A stretch of DNA of 64,000 nt. Source: Antedon mediterranea. Taxonomy: Eukaryota; Animalia; Echinodermata. The notes under the pieces were generated by a model. The model searched no databases. It was not told the DNA's origin and worked only from the letters and a program-made list of their open reading frames with translations. Made by a program: the position numbers and the translations under genes. This document shows positions 1 to 14,246 of the stretch, one piece after another. The stretch lies in the NCBI RefSeq assembly GCF_964355755.1, contig NC_092671.1, positions 5,394,001 to 5,458,000 on the forward strand. The letters are read 5' to 3'. Numbering within the stretch: position 1 is the stretch's first letter; each line of letters opens with the position of its first letter.

Positions 1-46
1 TCCTGTGAAACAAACGAGTGGGCTCTCTATTTATTGGACACCCCTG
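1..46. mobile_element. Possible right end of a Tc1/mariner-type element
   Basis: ...ttattggacacccctg followed by TA; the reverse complement starts CAGGGGTGTCCAATAA. The other end is outside the window. Confidence 0.35.
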
Positions 47-84
47 TAGTTACAATTGTCTTTTGTACCACATCACATCTGCTT

Positions 85-320
85 AGACTCTGTTTTTCTC
101 TACCAAGCATCATTAGGCAAGATGCTTTACTCTCATCCTTCGGATGGGACGTAATGCCGTTTGTCCTATGTACATATAGTGCATGTTAACACTTTTTGAA
201 AAGAGTACATGATCATATCCTGATCTCATAGGCTCTGCACTGCTTTTTTTTTTGGGTTCGTGGAGGGCCTAATCCGAATTTCCTAAGTTTCTAGTTAAGC
301 TTGAGGACCAGAATGAATAC
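85..320 (+). mobile_element. Degenerate SINE (Deu-domain-like core)
   Basis: ggcaagatgctttactc...ccttcggatgggacgtaatgccg...gcatgttaa...gaaaagagta resembles conserved metazoan SINE central domains (recalled, not searched). Boundaries approximate. Confidence 0.45.
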
Positions 321-371
321 TGTTACCAACTTTCTTTTTACTTTCCTAAATGTTTTGTTTTAACTTTTCAG

Positions 372-498
372 ATATTATCTCTTACGTTGGACGGTCTAAC
401 CGGAGCAGCTCAAGATAAAATGCGTGGAGAATACAAAACGTCTCCTTATCATATGATGTTTAATATTAATAAGTGGTCTGTCCTATTTCTTTTAATAC
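372..498 (+). CDS. SLC35B1: SLC35B1 (ER nucleotide-sugar/ATP-ADP transporter family), internal exon
   Basis: Acceptor ttttcag|ATA and donor C|gtaagt. Encodes [42 protein letters not shown], matching the SLC35B1 motif [10 protein letters not shown]...HMM.NIN.WS. Confidence 0.93.
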
Positions 499-608
499 GT
501 AAGTACAATATATTATCATTTTTATATGTTAGTGAATGCATGGAACATTTGTTACTAAAAGTGTTTTCAACTTAATATTCTAATTCAAAATGTTCTGTTT
601 ATTTACAG

Positions 609-715
609 TTTGTTTAGTCACTGGTGAATTATTTCAATTTATGGAGTTTTTATCTCGCTATCCAAACACGATTCCTAATATATTATTATTTGGCTTAGCA
701 AGTGCTGTTGGCCAG
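609..715 (+). CDS. SLC35B1: SLC35B1 internal exon
   Basis: Acceptor tttacag and donor CAG|gtaagt. Phase 1 in, phase 0 out, matching both neighbours. Encodes [36 protein letters not shown]. Confidence 0.92.
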
Positions 716-772
716 GTAAGTTGTAATATTTAGATTGTTCTCCCTTTCGTATTTAACAATTAGCCACCATAG

Positions 773-917
773 AGCTCTGTCTACACTATCAAACAAAGTG
801 TTATGTGCCCATATATGGACATGATGATGTCATATCACTACCATATGTGAGCATATCACTACCATTGGGCACATCACATTTTTTTGTCAAAACTAGTTTT
901 ATAATGTAGACAGAACT
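773..917 (+). mobile_element. MITE family A copy 1 (Tourist/Harbinger-like)
   Basis: TIR agctctgtctacactatcaaac...tgtagacagaact with internal catatcactaccatat repeats. Confidence 0.85.
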
Positions 918-1124
918 TTAGTATAAACTACACTTAAATTAAAAGACACCCTTAAACTAATGAGCTAGGCTGGCTATTAAGACCTTTTTATCATCTTCAT
1001 TTTTCACTGATAGTATTTAGTTTAACATTTCTGCAAATCCCTGAACCTCCTCTGGCTTCTGGCTTGTATTAACATTTTGTTGTATTGTATAAAATATTGT
1101 AATTATGTTGTTTTTTTGTTTCAG

Positions 1125-1331
1125 AGTTTCATTTTCACAACAGTGTCGTCGTTCGGCCCACTGACGTGTTCAATTATCACGACAACGCGCAAGTTCTTCA
1201 CAATTCTCGGCTCTGTAATTCTCTTTAACAACCCCCTCATTTACCGACAATGGATAGGGGTTTTATTCGTGTTTATCGGGCTCGGTCTTGATAGTATGTA
1301 TGGAAAAAACAGAAAAGTAGAAAAGCGCTGA
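1125..1331 (+). CDS. SLC35B1: SLC35B1 terminal coding exon
   Basis: Acceptor tttcag|AGT. Encodes [38 protein letters not shown]...[10 protein letters not shown], containing the diagnostic [17 protein letters not shown] motif. Confidence 0.95.
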   Translation, partial: SFIFTTVSSFGPLTCSIITTTRKFFTILGSVILFNNPLIYRQWIGVLFVFIGLGLDSMYGKNRKVEKR

Positions 1332-2769
1332 TAGTACTTGCCATGTTTAGAATACGTATTTAAATATTAAGAATTATAACACATTATATGGCTAATTTGT
1401 AGGCTGGATACTGCTGTAGTAAAGAAAGTGTGTATATTTTAATTGTCTATGTTATAGCAGCCACAAGGCAGCCTATATTGTTTATAGATCTTTCTACTCC
1501 TTTTTATCAGTGATACTGATATCTTCTTTGTATATGGGAAAAATGTCCAGAGAATAATTTAATGAGAGCACACAACTTGCCCAAAACAAGAGGCAGCTTG
1601 GGGGTGGAGGCCTAATGTTACAATCTCTTTACTTTCCCCTATTACCCAGACTGAGTTATGCAATACATTATTCAATTGCATTAATTATATAACAACTGCT
1701 TAGAGATAATGGTTGTTAATTTGAATATGATGTTGAATTCCATAATATAGACTGCTACTGTAATATTTATAGTAGGCACAAAGAAAATACTCTGATATAA
1801 ACATGTTATTAAAAGATGCATTGTTACTCTCCTTGACAGAATATGTAACTGTTGGTAAAATGTCATTTAAGGTTCAAAGTACACAGTATCTACACACAAG
1901 TTGAATAGCCTAACAGATGATGACATTTTTGTTTGCATTATTTTATGATCATTTATAAGTATTTGTGGATAATAACATCAATACTATGCACGCTGGGTTT
2001 TATTTTTTCCTTTTTCGGGGTGATTTTTTGTTATTGCTGTAATCTATTTGGGACCTGTTTTTTGTTGAGTATTTAGTAACTAAGTAAAAGATTTCGAACA
2101 TTCTTGCATTGATTAACTTTAAATTTGAATAAGTACTTAAAAGATTTTCGGTTGAGCACAAAGGTTACCCAATCATATACGCCAATTATTTATATTTTAT
2201 AGTAGTATGTTTGGTTTTATTAATGACATTGATATATTCAATTCTGTCTGCTTCTATGATGTTGTCTTGTTTTGTTTTTTTTTATGATTATAGAGAATAA
2301 TTTCTTTCTAACATTACCCTTTATCAGATTCCTACACAGAACTTTTCAATGTACAGTACTGTACATACATGGAAGAATTAGTTTATTTAAACCTCATCTG
2401 ATCAATATCATCTAAATTAAGCTGTTGTACATTTAGTGAAGAGCATATCAATGTATACAAAATACAGTATATTATAATTTGTGAATCAGTGGACAAATAG
2501 TGAAAGTTATGGGGCCGGGTATGGTTGGTAAAGTACATTAATAAAATGTTGGTTTTTGTGTGGGGTTGATATTCGATATTCGAATTATCTGATTTTCGAT
2601 ATTCTGAATTGTGTGCCAAATTCAGTAAAAAAAATTCAAGAATAGACTATTAAATACAATTTACAAAAGGAGTAAAAAGAGAAATGAAGTTTTATTTTAT
2701 TTTAAATTAAATCAATTTTGGTGTGTTGTCCTTTTGCAATTGGGTAGTGAGCCCTCAATTGTTGGAATG

Positions 2770-2930
2770 GTAAAATAGTAGGAGGTCAAAAAACGAGGAA
2801 AGATTCGCGAGGAGTGATACAACAAATGTTTGTTGTCGAAGTTTGAGAGACTTTTTACCATTGTGGTTTTCCAATGAATGTTAGTAAAAAATAAGTATTA
2901 TCTTATTGAAGATCCTATTATTAACTTACG
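2770..2930 (+). promoter_or_regulatory. Candidate promoter / non-coding first exon of APC (5' boundary approximate)
   Basis: Locally CpG-richer DNA downstream of SLC35B1, ending in a strong donor ACG|gtaagt (2931). No ORF. The next plausible acceptor is at 15130. Confidence 0.45.
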
Positions 2931-5900
2931 GTAAGTGTGTTTTAATAATAATCAGCCATTGCCATGATATGTAGGCCCATGTATTTAGCTGGTTCATCGT
3001 GTTGACCTTACCCGAATGCTAGTGGAATGGAGAGCTTTTCTAGGCTGCATGCTGTGTGTGTGTCCCGTGTAGACAAGGCCTACGTGTGTAAGGAATAGGC
3101 CTAGCCTAGATAGGCTAAAGTAGTAAGCCTATGTTTAAATAAAGTAAAAGCGTACTAAGCCTAGTATTTTGCCTGATCAGTTAAGTTATTACTATTTACA
3201 TTTTATATGGTTAATGTCAAGGCACTAGGCATTCCTAGGCCTGTTTCGCACCTAAAACTGGCCATAAAAGACTTCACGGTCACTTTATGTTTTTACTTTT
3301 ACATACTTTTTTTAGTATAAAGTGGCTACGTGTACGCCTATTTGTAAATGCAATCCCTGTGCTATATCTACACCTATTGAGATGATCATGATGATCCTCC
3401 GACCCTCCGACCCTCATAACATAAAAAAAAAAACATCCCTCTAGGAAAATGGTGAAAAAAGATGATGGTCAATAAAGAAGATGGTGAGTAAATTAAAAAA
3501 GGGGATAGCAATGAGTTTCGAACCCTAGCCTAACGCTACAACATGACGTTGCTAGACCCAGGCACTACCTATTGAGCCATTCGATCGGCTTGCAATGCAC
3601 CGATATCATAACACATTAGTCTTTTTGTAGATATAGTCTGTTGATTTCCGAACCCAATCAGTCAACGTCGAATACAGTCAGGTGTGTTATAAATACAAAT
3701 AATGAATGCTTATATTTGAATAGAGAAAATGAGGCTGATTCTATATCGACTTCGCTCTGTCTTATTGAAAATACCTTTTGAGTATTAAGGCTTTATTATT
3801 CCCATTCAACAAATACAATACAGTAACATTGTCATATACTTCCGACTCTGTTCAAAAGTAAACTTTATTATTCATCTTAAATCAAATATATCACATCACT
3901 ATCAGAATAGCATGACATTAAAAAGTCATACAGAGCGTCACACAAAATTCTAACTTATTTCTTATTTCTGTTTGCAAAGAATCACGTTTTAGTAAAAGAG
4001 AGTTACACTACAGATCTAATTTTATTTGCATGGTTAAAGGTTTTAATTTGATAAAAACAATATAATTACTATCTTGTAATATGCAAGAATTCCTTTAGAA
4101 CATTAATCTCTTTCAGACAGCAATTAGCAGTAATTAATTTATTGACCAAATATTGTAAGAATAATATTTAGACTGTACAGCATTATCTTGAATTGTCCTC
4201 TTGACTTGTTTTGAATGCAAGCAGGCTAACAAATTCATTAACAAGAATATTTGTGTTGATTTAAGGTAATGACTGAAACATCTGTCACTGGCCATGATGA
4301 CATTAAATTCTCATCATGAAAGAAATGCCATAAGCTAGACATAATGAAATTATTCTTGTGTACCAACCATACATATTCCGTGAAATAAAACCAACCAACT
4401 GATTATTATACTGTACCTTTGACTACAGTATCTCACCAATGTTTTATTTGTTTTTTCATCAATTATTTCATATTCACCTTTGGTTTTTGTTATAATTATG
4501 TCATTTTTTTGTGATTTAATTTAAGTGTGATACAGTAACTATTGTACAGAATAGTACTACACACTGCAAACTACTGTAATTGTCTTTTTAAAGGAGAATT
4601 GAACAGGGACAAAAGATATGACAATCAAATGATCTGTAGTTCAGTGCATTTCCTTTTCATGCTTCAGTTCACCTATACTTGACCTAACTAGGTCTGAATA
4701 ATAATATGTCAACTTCTTTATTGTAAGATTATTACCCTTCTTTCAATAACCACACCTTTCCTTTTGTTTTTTTAAAGTTAGATCAGAAAAAGAAAATCTA
4801 ACTATTAAAAGTCACTTTCTTGATCTGAACCAATCAGTTAGCAGCTTCCTGTATTTTTATTAGAATACTTAAACAGGAAAAAATGTGTGAAATACAACAT
4901 ACAGTACTCCCCTTTAACAATGCGAATAATAGGCATACAATATTATTCCTAGTACTACTTACCACTGTACTACCATTGAGGTACTGTACAGACTAGAGTT
5001 ACCATAAGCATGGTAGCATGGGACCCTTAGGTGAGAAGAATGTTGTTGAAAAAGTGTAACATCTGAAGTCCACAGCGCTCTGATCTTCATAAAATAGTGC
5101 TTTATAAATGTTCCATGATATTTATAGTAAGTTGTTCAGTTTTGCTGCAATTTGCAATTACTGTACTGTATGAATCTATTTTAGTCGTGAGGTAATTTCC
5201 CGCATGATCGTAATCAAAACGGTACTGGGTTTGGTCTACTAGCGTTCCTGCTCCCAACTCGTCATCCATTCATAGAAGCTTTGATGTACTAAGCCTACCT
5301 GGTGGTGACTATAGAATGGTACCAAGATAACGACTAAACTTCGGCTTTAGTTGATAGAAGATTGAAATGTTTTGTTAGAGATAGATTAATACGATTTGAT
5401 TTTGAGTTTGATTATAGTGTAACGTTCTTATGTCTATTAGATTAGTTTGATATGTGATGAATTAATTTATTTATTATACAGTTTATATATACAGTAGGTA
5501 TACGTTAATATATTGTTTTAATTATAAATATCAATAGAAAACATTGATATGTGCTAGTTATAATTAATTTCATAAAATAACAAAAATATAGATATAAAGA
5601 AGAAAAGTATGGAGCGGCTATTCCTGAATATACAATAATAAGTATCGTAAGTTTAATTTATAAATTTTAGGCGATCTTGTCAAAAGTCAAGCGCCTATAG
5701 CCTGCCATGTTTCGATATTCAATATTGAACTTGACCTTAATATTAGGTCAATAATGTTACAACATACATGCCCCGTACTGTAAATGTACTATAGTATACA
5801 ACTGTTGTGTTTTTTCGTTGGGCCAACTAATGTGTACAGTAGTTCTGTAAATTATGGTTTTTTTCCATAGCTATCCATTGTTGTATTAATTAACACTCTC

Positions 5901-8622
5901 CATCCTCCATCCCATATTTATAAACATTATGCGGTATAATCATTACCGTACTGTATAGTGTGATGACAATGATTTAGAAGAAAATATGTGCCTTATCCAT
6001 CATAACAATAATAATGGTATGATCAACTATTCATCCTTTCTGATTATTATCCATTTTGTTTGTTGTATGCATTAGAGGATGTGAAATTGTCTTGATTAAA
6101 CGCTTCAACGATTTTACTTGCGTGCGGACCTTCCACGAATCGATGTTGCATTAGTCACCAAGATTATCATCATTATTCTCTTCAGAACTGGCTGACAGCT
6201 TTTAAATTTCTTTTAATCACGGATTTGGTCCAACGATCGGTCTGTTATTTCTTCGTTAATTCGCAATTTGCATATTAGGGAACTAAATCTACATAATCAT
6301 CCATATTTGTTCTGTATTCCAATTTGTTTTATGCGTCTTATTATCTGTGATTTTATTCCAGATTTGATTTTGATTGTATCACTCTAATAAAAAGATAACG
6401 CATTGTAAGTGTATTATTTACTTATTTAAAACTTTTTTAGAAATTCTTTTTTGCTTGACGATGTTGTTTATTGTATCGATAAGCATACAAGTGTTAAATA
6501 CCAATGTGAATTTAAATTTGCATAAAATGAGTTTATTAAGAAATATTATTGAAGGTAATTCAAATTCTTGAAAAATTAAATAAAATGTGATGATAATATA
6601 AGACAAGATCATATCAGCCATGCTTGGAAAGAGATTCATAATTGAAATGGATTTTAATATGTTGATGTTTGATATCTGATATTTGGTATTGATTTTCATA
6701 TCACAATGATACAGCATTATAATTTATGTAAGTTGCTTGCTTCAATTTCATTGAAATTATCATGATGATCTTGTATTTAAATACTGTATACAAATATTTC
6801 TACATACAATACATGTTGGTATATTGATTTAAAGTTGGAACTTTAGACCATTTAACTCCACTACAGTATGTGGATATGACAACATGACATAGGTGCCCGA
6901 TTCACTTACTGTACATCTCCACATACTTTATGGCATCTCTACATACTGTACTGAATGGCGTCTCTAGTATCAATCACACTGTACTGTACAAGTAAGTACT
7001 GTATCACATGTGGCACCTGTTTGTACAGTACGTTATGCTTCTGACCTATGTTAAAGGTTTCACATGTGATAATGTACATACTGTATGTTACAGTGTAAAT
7101 AGAAATCTGCCTAAGTGTGTATGGAGAATCGGCTAGAATCTTATGATAAAGATGGAATATTAATACTGTATTGGAAAAATTATTTGGAATTTATTAGATT
7201 AGAATAAAGTAGTGACTATACTATACATTCCATGTTTATTGATTATTACAATGTCAGGTGTACAATACGTTAATCAAGAATAAAGGTGTTGTCGCATTGC
7301 ATTACACCTTACAGTTAAATAATCTATTAACACCAATTGACAGTTTAGTATAATGATGCCATTAGCTTCGTCTTTTGTGTTTGACTTCTTAACCATAGGA
7401 GGTTTCTGTTAAATATTGGTTAGCTCTATAAAACTGTTTAAACATGAAGAAACTAGCATAGTATGCTGTACTGTAGTTATTCATTTTTTAATTGACTGGA
7501 TGACCTATAATACCTACTGCATGGATTTATAAGAAGGTACAGTAGCTGGTGCTGTGTGGAAAAAAGAGTAAATTACAGTACCGAACAGAATTATTGGAAA
7601 AATCCCAACGCACATGTCATTGCGTTGAGTGTACATCATATGGCTCGTACAACTGAAAATCTATCCATATCTTTAAATCATTATCAATTTATTTGCTGCT
7701 ACAAATACTTAACGTAATTGAGAGTTAGTATCTTAAATCGATTTATGAATCCTACTGAAGAGCGAGGATGTATGATATAGATGATAAGTGATGTTTAAAG
7801 TGCGAAATAGGATCAGATTACAAGCCACAGTTAAAGCCGAGTATAGCTTTAAATTTGCACGTCATCACTCCTCTTCAACAAATATTAAGTTGATGATCAT
7901 TTATTGTGGGAGCTTTGCTCGTCATCTTTGCATAACATTGCTACAAATTGATAATTTGGTTGAGCTTTTGTAGAGTTACTCAGTAATTGTAGATGCCCAT
8001 GACATATGTGCGGATCCACAGGAAATATACAATTCAAAAGATAGGATATTGTTAAGTTCAGTTCAGCACATCAATTTACAATTTTTAGGCCCTGAATCCC
8101 TTCCCCTCTCCCTATTTCAAAATCCTGGATCCATCACTGCTCTGTTATGTGTTACAATTTTGAATTGAAGAAGCATACTGTACCAGGTCTTTATGTAAGT
8201 TGATGGCCACAGTATGCAGAAAAACACTGTCTCATTTTCATTGATACCTCGTCCAAGTTTCTATGTTTTGAGGTTATCATACAGTTATACTTTAATTATA
8301 TACAGTAGATATTAAGATCATAATAATGAGGACTATGTTGATACTGATAGTTTCCAATATTCATTAAATTTGACCTTGTTATTTAAACACCAACGTTTCA
8401 ATTCATAATTGATTCTGAAATCAACAACTGGAATTATGTCACATTAATTGTCAAATCAAGGTCATATTGTCACTTGGGAATCACAAATCTGTTATAATTT
8501 TTATTCTATGGTTATTATTGGTTCTTTACTGAAAATTATAATTATTTTAATGATGTTCTAATATTCTAGAAATTGTTTTAATAACTTTGTTTTATTTTTA
8601 ATGATGCATTAAGCTACATAAA

Positions 8623-8862
8623 CATAATTTGTTAATTATTGATTATTTTATTAGCTGCATATTAATTTTTAATATTGACTGCTCATTTTAAATTTTTTTT
8701 TTCCATAATTTGTTAATTACTGATTATTTTATTAGCTGCATATTAATTTTTAATATTGACTGCTCATTTTAAATTTTTTTTTTCCATAATTTGTTAATTA
8801 TTGATTATTTTATTAGCTGCATATTAATTTTAATATCGACTGCTCAATTTAATTTTTTTTTC
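8623..8862. repeat. Tandem repeat, 3 x 81 bp
   Basis: cataatttgttaatta...agctgcatattaa...gactgctca recurs at 8623, 8704 and 8785. Confidence 0.93.
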
Positions 8863-8939
8863 TGTAGTTAATAAATGTATTGTATGTAGACCTGTAATGT
8901 ACAGTGGGTAACTATCTATACTATACAGTATCTATCTAC

Positions 8940-9450
8940 AGTAAGTGTACTGTACAACATTACTGTACTGTACTGTACTGTAGGTTAAAACTGTATTGCA
9001 TTTGTACTGTAGATAACCTGTACTGTAAGTATTAACTGTACTGTACTGTACATACTGTAGGTACAATTACTGTAGGTATATTCACTTTACTGCATGGTAT
9101 TGTAGGTATCTATACTTACAGTATTGTAGGTGGTATTGTACTGTACTGACAATAATGTACTGTACTGTACATACTGTAGGTACAATTACTGTAGGTATAT
9201 TCACTTTACTGCATGGTATTGTAGGTATCTATACTTACAGTATTGTAGGTGGTTATACTGTACTGTACTGACAATAATGTACTGTACTGTACATACTGTA
9301 CTGTAGGTACAATTACTGTAGGTCTATTCACTTTACTGCATAGTATTGTAGGTATCTATACTTACAGTATTGTAGGTGATACTGTACTGTACTGACAATA
9401 ATGTACTATATTGTACGGTAGGTACTATTGTACATTCTGTACTGTATTGT
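8940..9450. repeat. (TACTG)n-derived satellite with 3 x ~120 bp higher-order units
   Basis: catactgta...ggtacaattactgtagg...cactttactgcat recurs at 9051, 9170 and 9292. Confidence 0.92.
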
Positions 9451-11029
9451 TGTGACAGAAAATTTACATCTGTGAAAGAGATGGTTTTACGTGTTTGAAA
9501 AACATACATTTTAAAATAAGGCCAAATTTTAGTTGTCTTTTCTAGTAACATACAGTTTATCAGTCTTTTCTTGACAGACTTGTCACCAAAGAAATTGCGG
9601 CAGGTGGAAAAATGAATGAAATTATTGATCATGTGATTTGATGTGCTTAATTCCGAGTCTTCGTTATTGATGTGTAATTAGCGCAGCATTAAAGCGACAT
9701 CAATCGTGACTAGAAAGTTTTGATGCTTTTCTCGGCTGAATTTCATCTAACAAAACAACGCTGCGAGGAATTGTCATGGACTATAAATCTTAATCAAAGA
9801 GTTTAAGTATTCAGATATAAGTCTGTTTAAAGTATGTATCCTATACATTAATCCTGAATTGTTTAGCCTAGATACAACTCTAGAGTCAGTCGCTATTTTG
9901 AAAAATTGTTGTTTGTCTCCTGTATACAATGGCAGACTCAAAAAAGTGCACAATTCAACATAAGGGTAAAACTACTTTTAAAATGTTAAAGTAAATAGTT
10001 CAACCATCATCTATTAACACAGTTAATTTAGTCTAGACTGTTGTCATTCCATTATTATTTTCTAAAAGCAATTTGTAAACTAAACCATTTGTAGTTTCAT
10101 ACTACAGTGTTTTATACTTTAGAAAGACAGTGCTGTTCGAATAGGGTTTCTCAAATTAATTTGAGCATTAAAATTAAACACAAATTTAATACAACTATAA
10201 ATTCTTAATGTGCACTGAACTATTTGAAAATACAGTACAACTGGAATGTTTAAATGAAATTTCTCATTGATAATAGTTACACTGTACATCAGTATGTGTT
10301 TCATAATGTTGTGGGTACAGTATGTCCGTTCTTAAATAATAAATTCCACAAAAAAAAATATAATATGCTATTAGAAATTGTTTTATAAAAGTTCAAGTCA
10401 ATTTATAGTAATCATTCAGGTATAACAAAATAATGTGTTTAATATTATGTCGGTATTTTGATTATCATCACAAAGCAAAATCCAATTAAATGATAATCCG
10501 TCAGGAAAGATTAGAGATAATCAGTCGGAACCTTTGTAGCAGTATGTACCAATGGTACTTTCACAGATGAAGGATCTCTTTTTAAGTGTAGTTTTCCGTC
10601 TATTGTTAGCCAGGGTGTTATTTCATCACTAGCTTTTGTTAGATTTCTCAACGGCTATTTTGTAAAGTATGCCTAGTGTTATTTTTATTACAATAGCTTT
10701 ACTGGATATAATATTTGTAATGCATTGTTTAATGGTTGGCTTTCTAAACCAGCTGTAACACATTATTGTGTTTGTTTGTTTTTAGCTTTTGTTCAAATTA
10801 ATGACATTTTAAAGTGACTTTTTATTGCTTTGATTTCATCAGAGAGATGCCATAAACTCCAGATTTCATTAAAGGAAAACAACCAAAATATTCAAATTGA
10901 TTTATATAGTGTCTGTTAGAATGTGGTTGACATTTACAAGTCATAAATGACGACACACATGGCATTTTTCTGAAAGATAAGGGCATCAATACTGGGTTAG
11001 ATATCTCTATAACATCCGGTGATATTATA

Positions 11030-11162
11030 CAGTAGAACTCCTATTGAGGATGAGCTGTGTAGTGTTAAAACATTGTCCTCATTTGTTTCACAGGTAGGTT
11101 TCCCCTTAATAGAGGTTTCCCTGGCCTTTAATATGGGTGTCACAAAGAAGGGGTTCTAACTG
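11030..11162. mobile_element. pogo/Tigger-like MITE
   Basis: TA|cagtagaactcct...aggggttctaactg|TA. Confidence 0.7.
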
Positions 11163-12682
11163 TATAGTTAGAAAAGCGGACATTTTTTCCCTAATACCAA
11201 CTTTACCACAGTATTGTCCTATAAGCCCACTGGGCTTGTCTAGCATTCTATAATGAAGCAACAGAAACTTTATCTATAATCTCTTGCTTTCTAATATCAG
11301 ATTTATAACTAAGTGTGGAAAAACCTATTAATAGCCACGAGTTAAGCTAGCAATGTTTTCTTGCACACGTACTGGCATTACGTCCACAACAAATTGAGGT
11401 CATTTAAAATGTAGAGTACTTGTTTAATTGGTTCAGCATTAAAAATTCCATTAGAGAAAGATGGGGCATTTCATTTTATACTTCCTTTCGGCTGTAGATA
11501 ATCTTGTCTTTTAGTTTTACCATAAACATATTATTTTTCTCTACATTGAGAGCATTCTGTGTTAAGCTTTTTACTTGTTACTCTTTTCATAGTTGTTGTT
11601 TTGAGTATGTCATTTATCTACTACACCACCTAATAATATAATGTCTTTTTTCATATTAAACTTTTAATGGACTATACCATTATGTGTGATATTTTATGTA
11701 TTAATGTTCTTCTTTTCGTAATGTATTCCTCTCTACGGAGGGAGAGGCTATTGTTGGTTTATCCAGGTAGTAAGCCGCACTCATAGACTACCAACACCAC
11801 TGTTTGTTTGTATCTGTAGTAGTATTTAAACTGTCCTGTTTCATATGCACAAATGAAGTGGCAATGACTATAGTACTTTCGTTTCTGTTTTGAATTTGTT
11901 GACTTTTAGAAATGATTAAATCTAGGAAATTGTATTATTTTTGCTATATAAGTCATAATACATGTATCTGGTTCCAATAAATGGATTTAAATGCTAAATC
12001 CATTCTTAAATCCTGCTATATCAATGGATTACCAAAGATGACAAAGCATTCTATTCACTAGCAATTTACCTTTCTATTACTGGTGAAAGACCCTTGTCTT
12101 TATCTCAGTTTATGGTACGGTAGTTATATCATACTATTATTATTTTGTTATTCCCAATAATTTATTAGGTCTATGTAAATTATAGAAATCCAAAACATAG
12201 GTTTACCGCAGCAGTGCAGGTGTAATCACAATTCTACTGTACTGTAGATAGCAATGATACAGTATATGGGTTGTAAAGTAGATGGACAGTTTTCAGGTCA
12301 GTGAAGTTTTTAAACACCATCTTCTGCAGTCAAATTAATTGCTATTTTACTGTTTCTCCAAACATAATATAATGCAAACATCAATGTAGATAAAAAAAAA
12401 AACTTCTTTTTTTAGGAAATTGTGTTAATTTCAAAATTGTTTCCCCCAAAATAATTTTCCATTTATAAGATTAATGATAAAATTCTCTTGATTATTGCTA
12501 GACTATGAAAGAAAATTTATGAATTGTCATCTGTGAATAGTCTATACTGTAAAAAATATTGTTTAACACAGTGTACAGTCATTATCTTCCATGTTCCAGT
12601 TTTTGTATGTTGAATACAGAGAAGTTATCACACCTGTACAGTACTGCATATTCATGAAGCAGCTTGTGAAAATTTGCAGTTC

Positions 12683-12746
12683 TGAGCATGTACGGTTGTG
12701 AGCATGTGAGGTTGTAAGCATTTGATGTTGTGAGCATGTGTGGTTG
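12683..12746. repeat. Minisatellite, 4 x 16 bp
   Basis: tgagcatgtNNggttg repeated four times with some substitutions. Confidence 0.85.
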
Positions 12747-13368
12747 TCTATTACTTTTGATTGATTTTGTAATTAAAACTTCAATTTCTTTTGATTTTTT
12801 TCCATATCACTAGTAATTTGTATGTCATGTGTCTTCTGATTTTATTAAGTTTCAGTTTAATTCCGTTCACACTGCAATTTCTATTCTTTCAAACTTCTTT
12901 GTATAACCATCAATCATCAACTTTTTCAACCTTTCTGTAAAAACTTCCCTTTTCAATTTTTACTGTCTGTTATTTTAACTTCATTAAAAAACTGCAGAGT
13001 TCAAGCCGTTTAAACTGTTTTTTATGGCTACACATTTCCTTGGTTAGAGGCACAAAGGATCAAGATATACATATTATTGCAGTCTAATTTTCTGCTGTCC
13101 AAAAGCGGTTCCAAAAGCATTTTATTATCGCCAATTGCTTGTTGTTTTACGAGTGTACTCGCACAGAGGCTATTGGTTGCTTGCTTGTTTTATGACATTA
13201 CGGATCAAAGGGATACTATCTTTTATGACAACTACTATCATTAAACCAACAGCAGACATGGTGCTCAAGACTTTATTGAGTTTACTCTCAAGTTAATTTC
13301 ATGCCAAATGTACTTCACTCCAGGGATGTGTTAGAAAATGTAAAAGACAAAAACAGTAGCATTTAGTA

Positions 13369-14211
13369 CCGTATATTTCGGTGTATAAGTCGCACTTTTG
13401 ACACGCAAATTTGACCTCTAAATTAAGGGTGCGTCTTATACACCGAACATAAATGCCTCACCACACAGATTGTACATAGGCCTAGGCTATCGTCACCTCG
13501 TTTGCTAGGCCTGAGTAGGCTAGGCCTAGCTACAGTAACTAACTAACGTAACGGCAACCTGCTTCTGCCTAGTTTTCAAGTCATTTCAGCATGATGTTAT
13601 ACTAAATATGATGAAAAGATTTGTTCATTATGGCGCTCCGATAAAATTTCATTTGTAAACGTTTACGTCGTACGATTGGAATAGTATTTATTTATACAGT
13701 AGTTATACGCACAATCGCCGTACCCCAAGCGCAAGCCCTTCTTTTGGTGGCCACATGGTGTACGGTATTCGACTAGTATATTCTCCAGGTGATTATAGCA
13801 TGGACCTAGCGTACACACTTCTCGGATACATAGATACTAATCGAATACGATTGTCCGTGAAAACGTGCGCCCTCTCGAAATGATCGAGCGAGGCTAGCCC
13901 ACACACGTGCATGTTACACACACGGTCATGCACTCGATGTTGTGGCGAAACTCATGAATAACAAGTTAGAAAGAACTTGTTGAGGCTGGGCGCGGCCGAG
14001 CCTAGGTAAGAAAAAACCTAAATAAAGGACGCCGTTGTAGATATAACAAAATATATTATTACAATAATATTGATTACAATTTAAAAAAACATTGTTTTGA
14101 TGAAATATAAGGTGCGTCTTATACATCGACGATATAAAAAATACCGATATTTTACTCTCAGTTGGGGGTGCGTCTTATACACGGGTGCGACTTATACACC
14201 GAAATATACGG
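13369..14211. mobile_element. Non-autonomous Tc1/mariner (Tc2/pogo-like) transposon, 843 bp
   Basis: Perfect 27-bp TIR ccgtatatttcggtgtataagtcgcac, TA TSD, subterminal ggtgcgtcttataca repeats (about 13428, 14111, 14167). No transposase ORF. Confidence 0.93.
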
Positions 14212-14246
14212 TACTTTTATGAACTCTCCTAACATTTTATATAAGT

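Noticed and set aside
3330-3790. Possible repeat with a tRNA-like B-box on the minus strand
   Set aside because: I could not define ends, a TSD or a cloverleaf, so support is insufficient.
8623-9450. CRISPR-like periodic repeats (also 23000-23628)
   Set aside because: Units are contiguous duplicates without unique spacers, the context is eukaryotic, and no cas genes are present.
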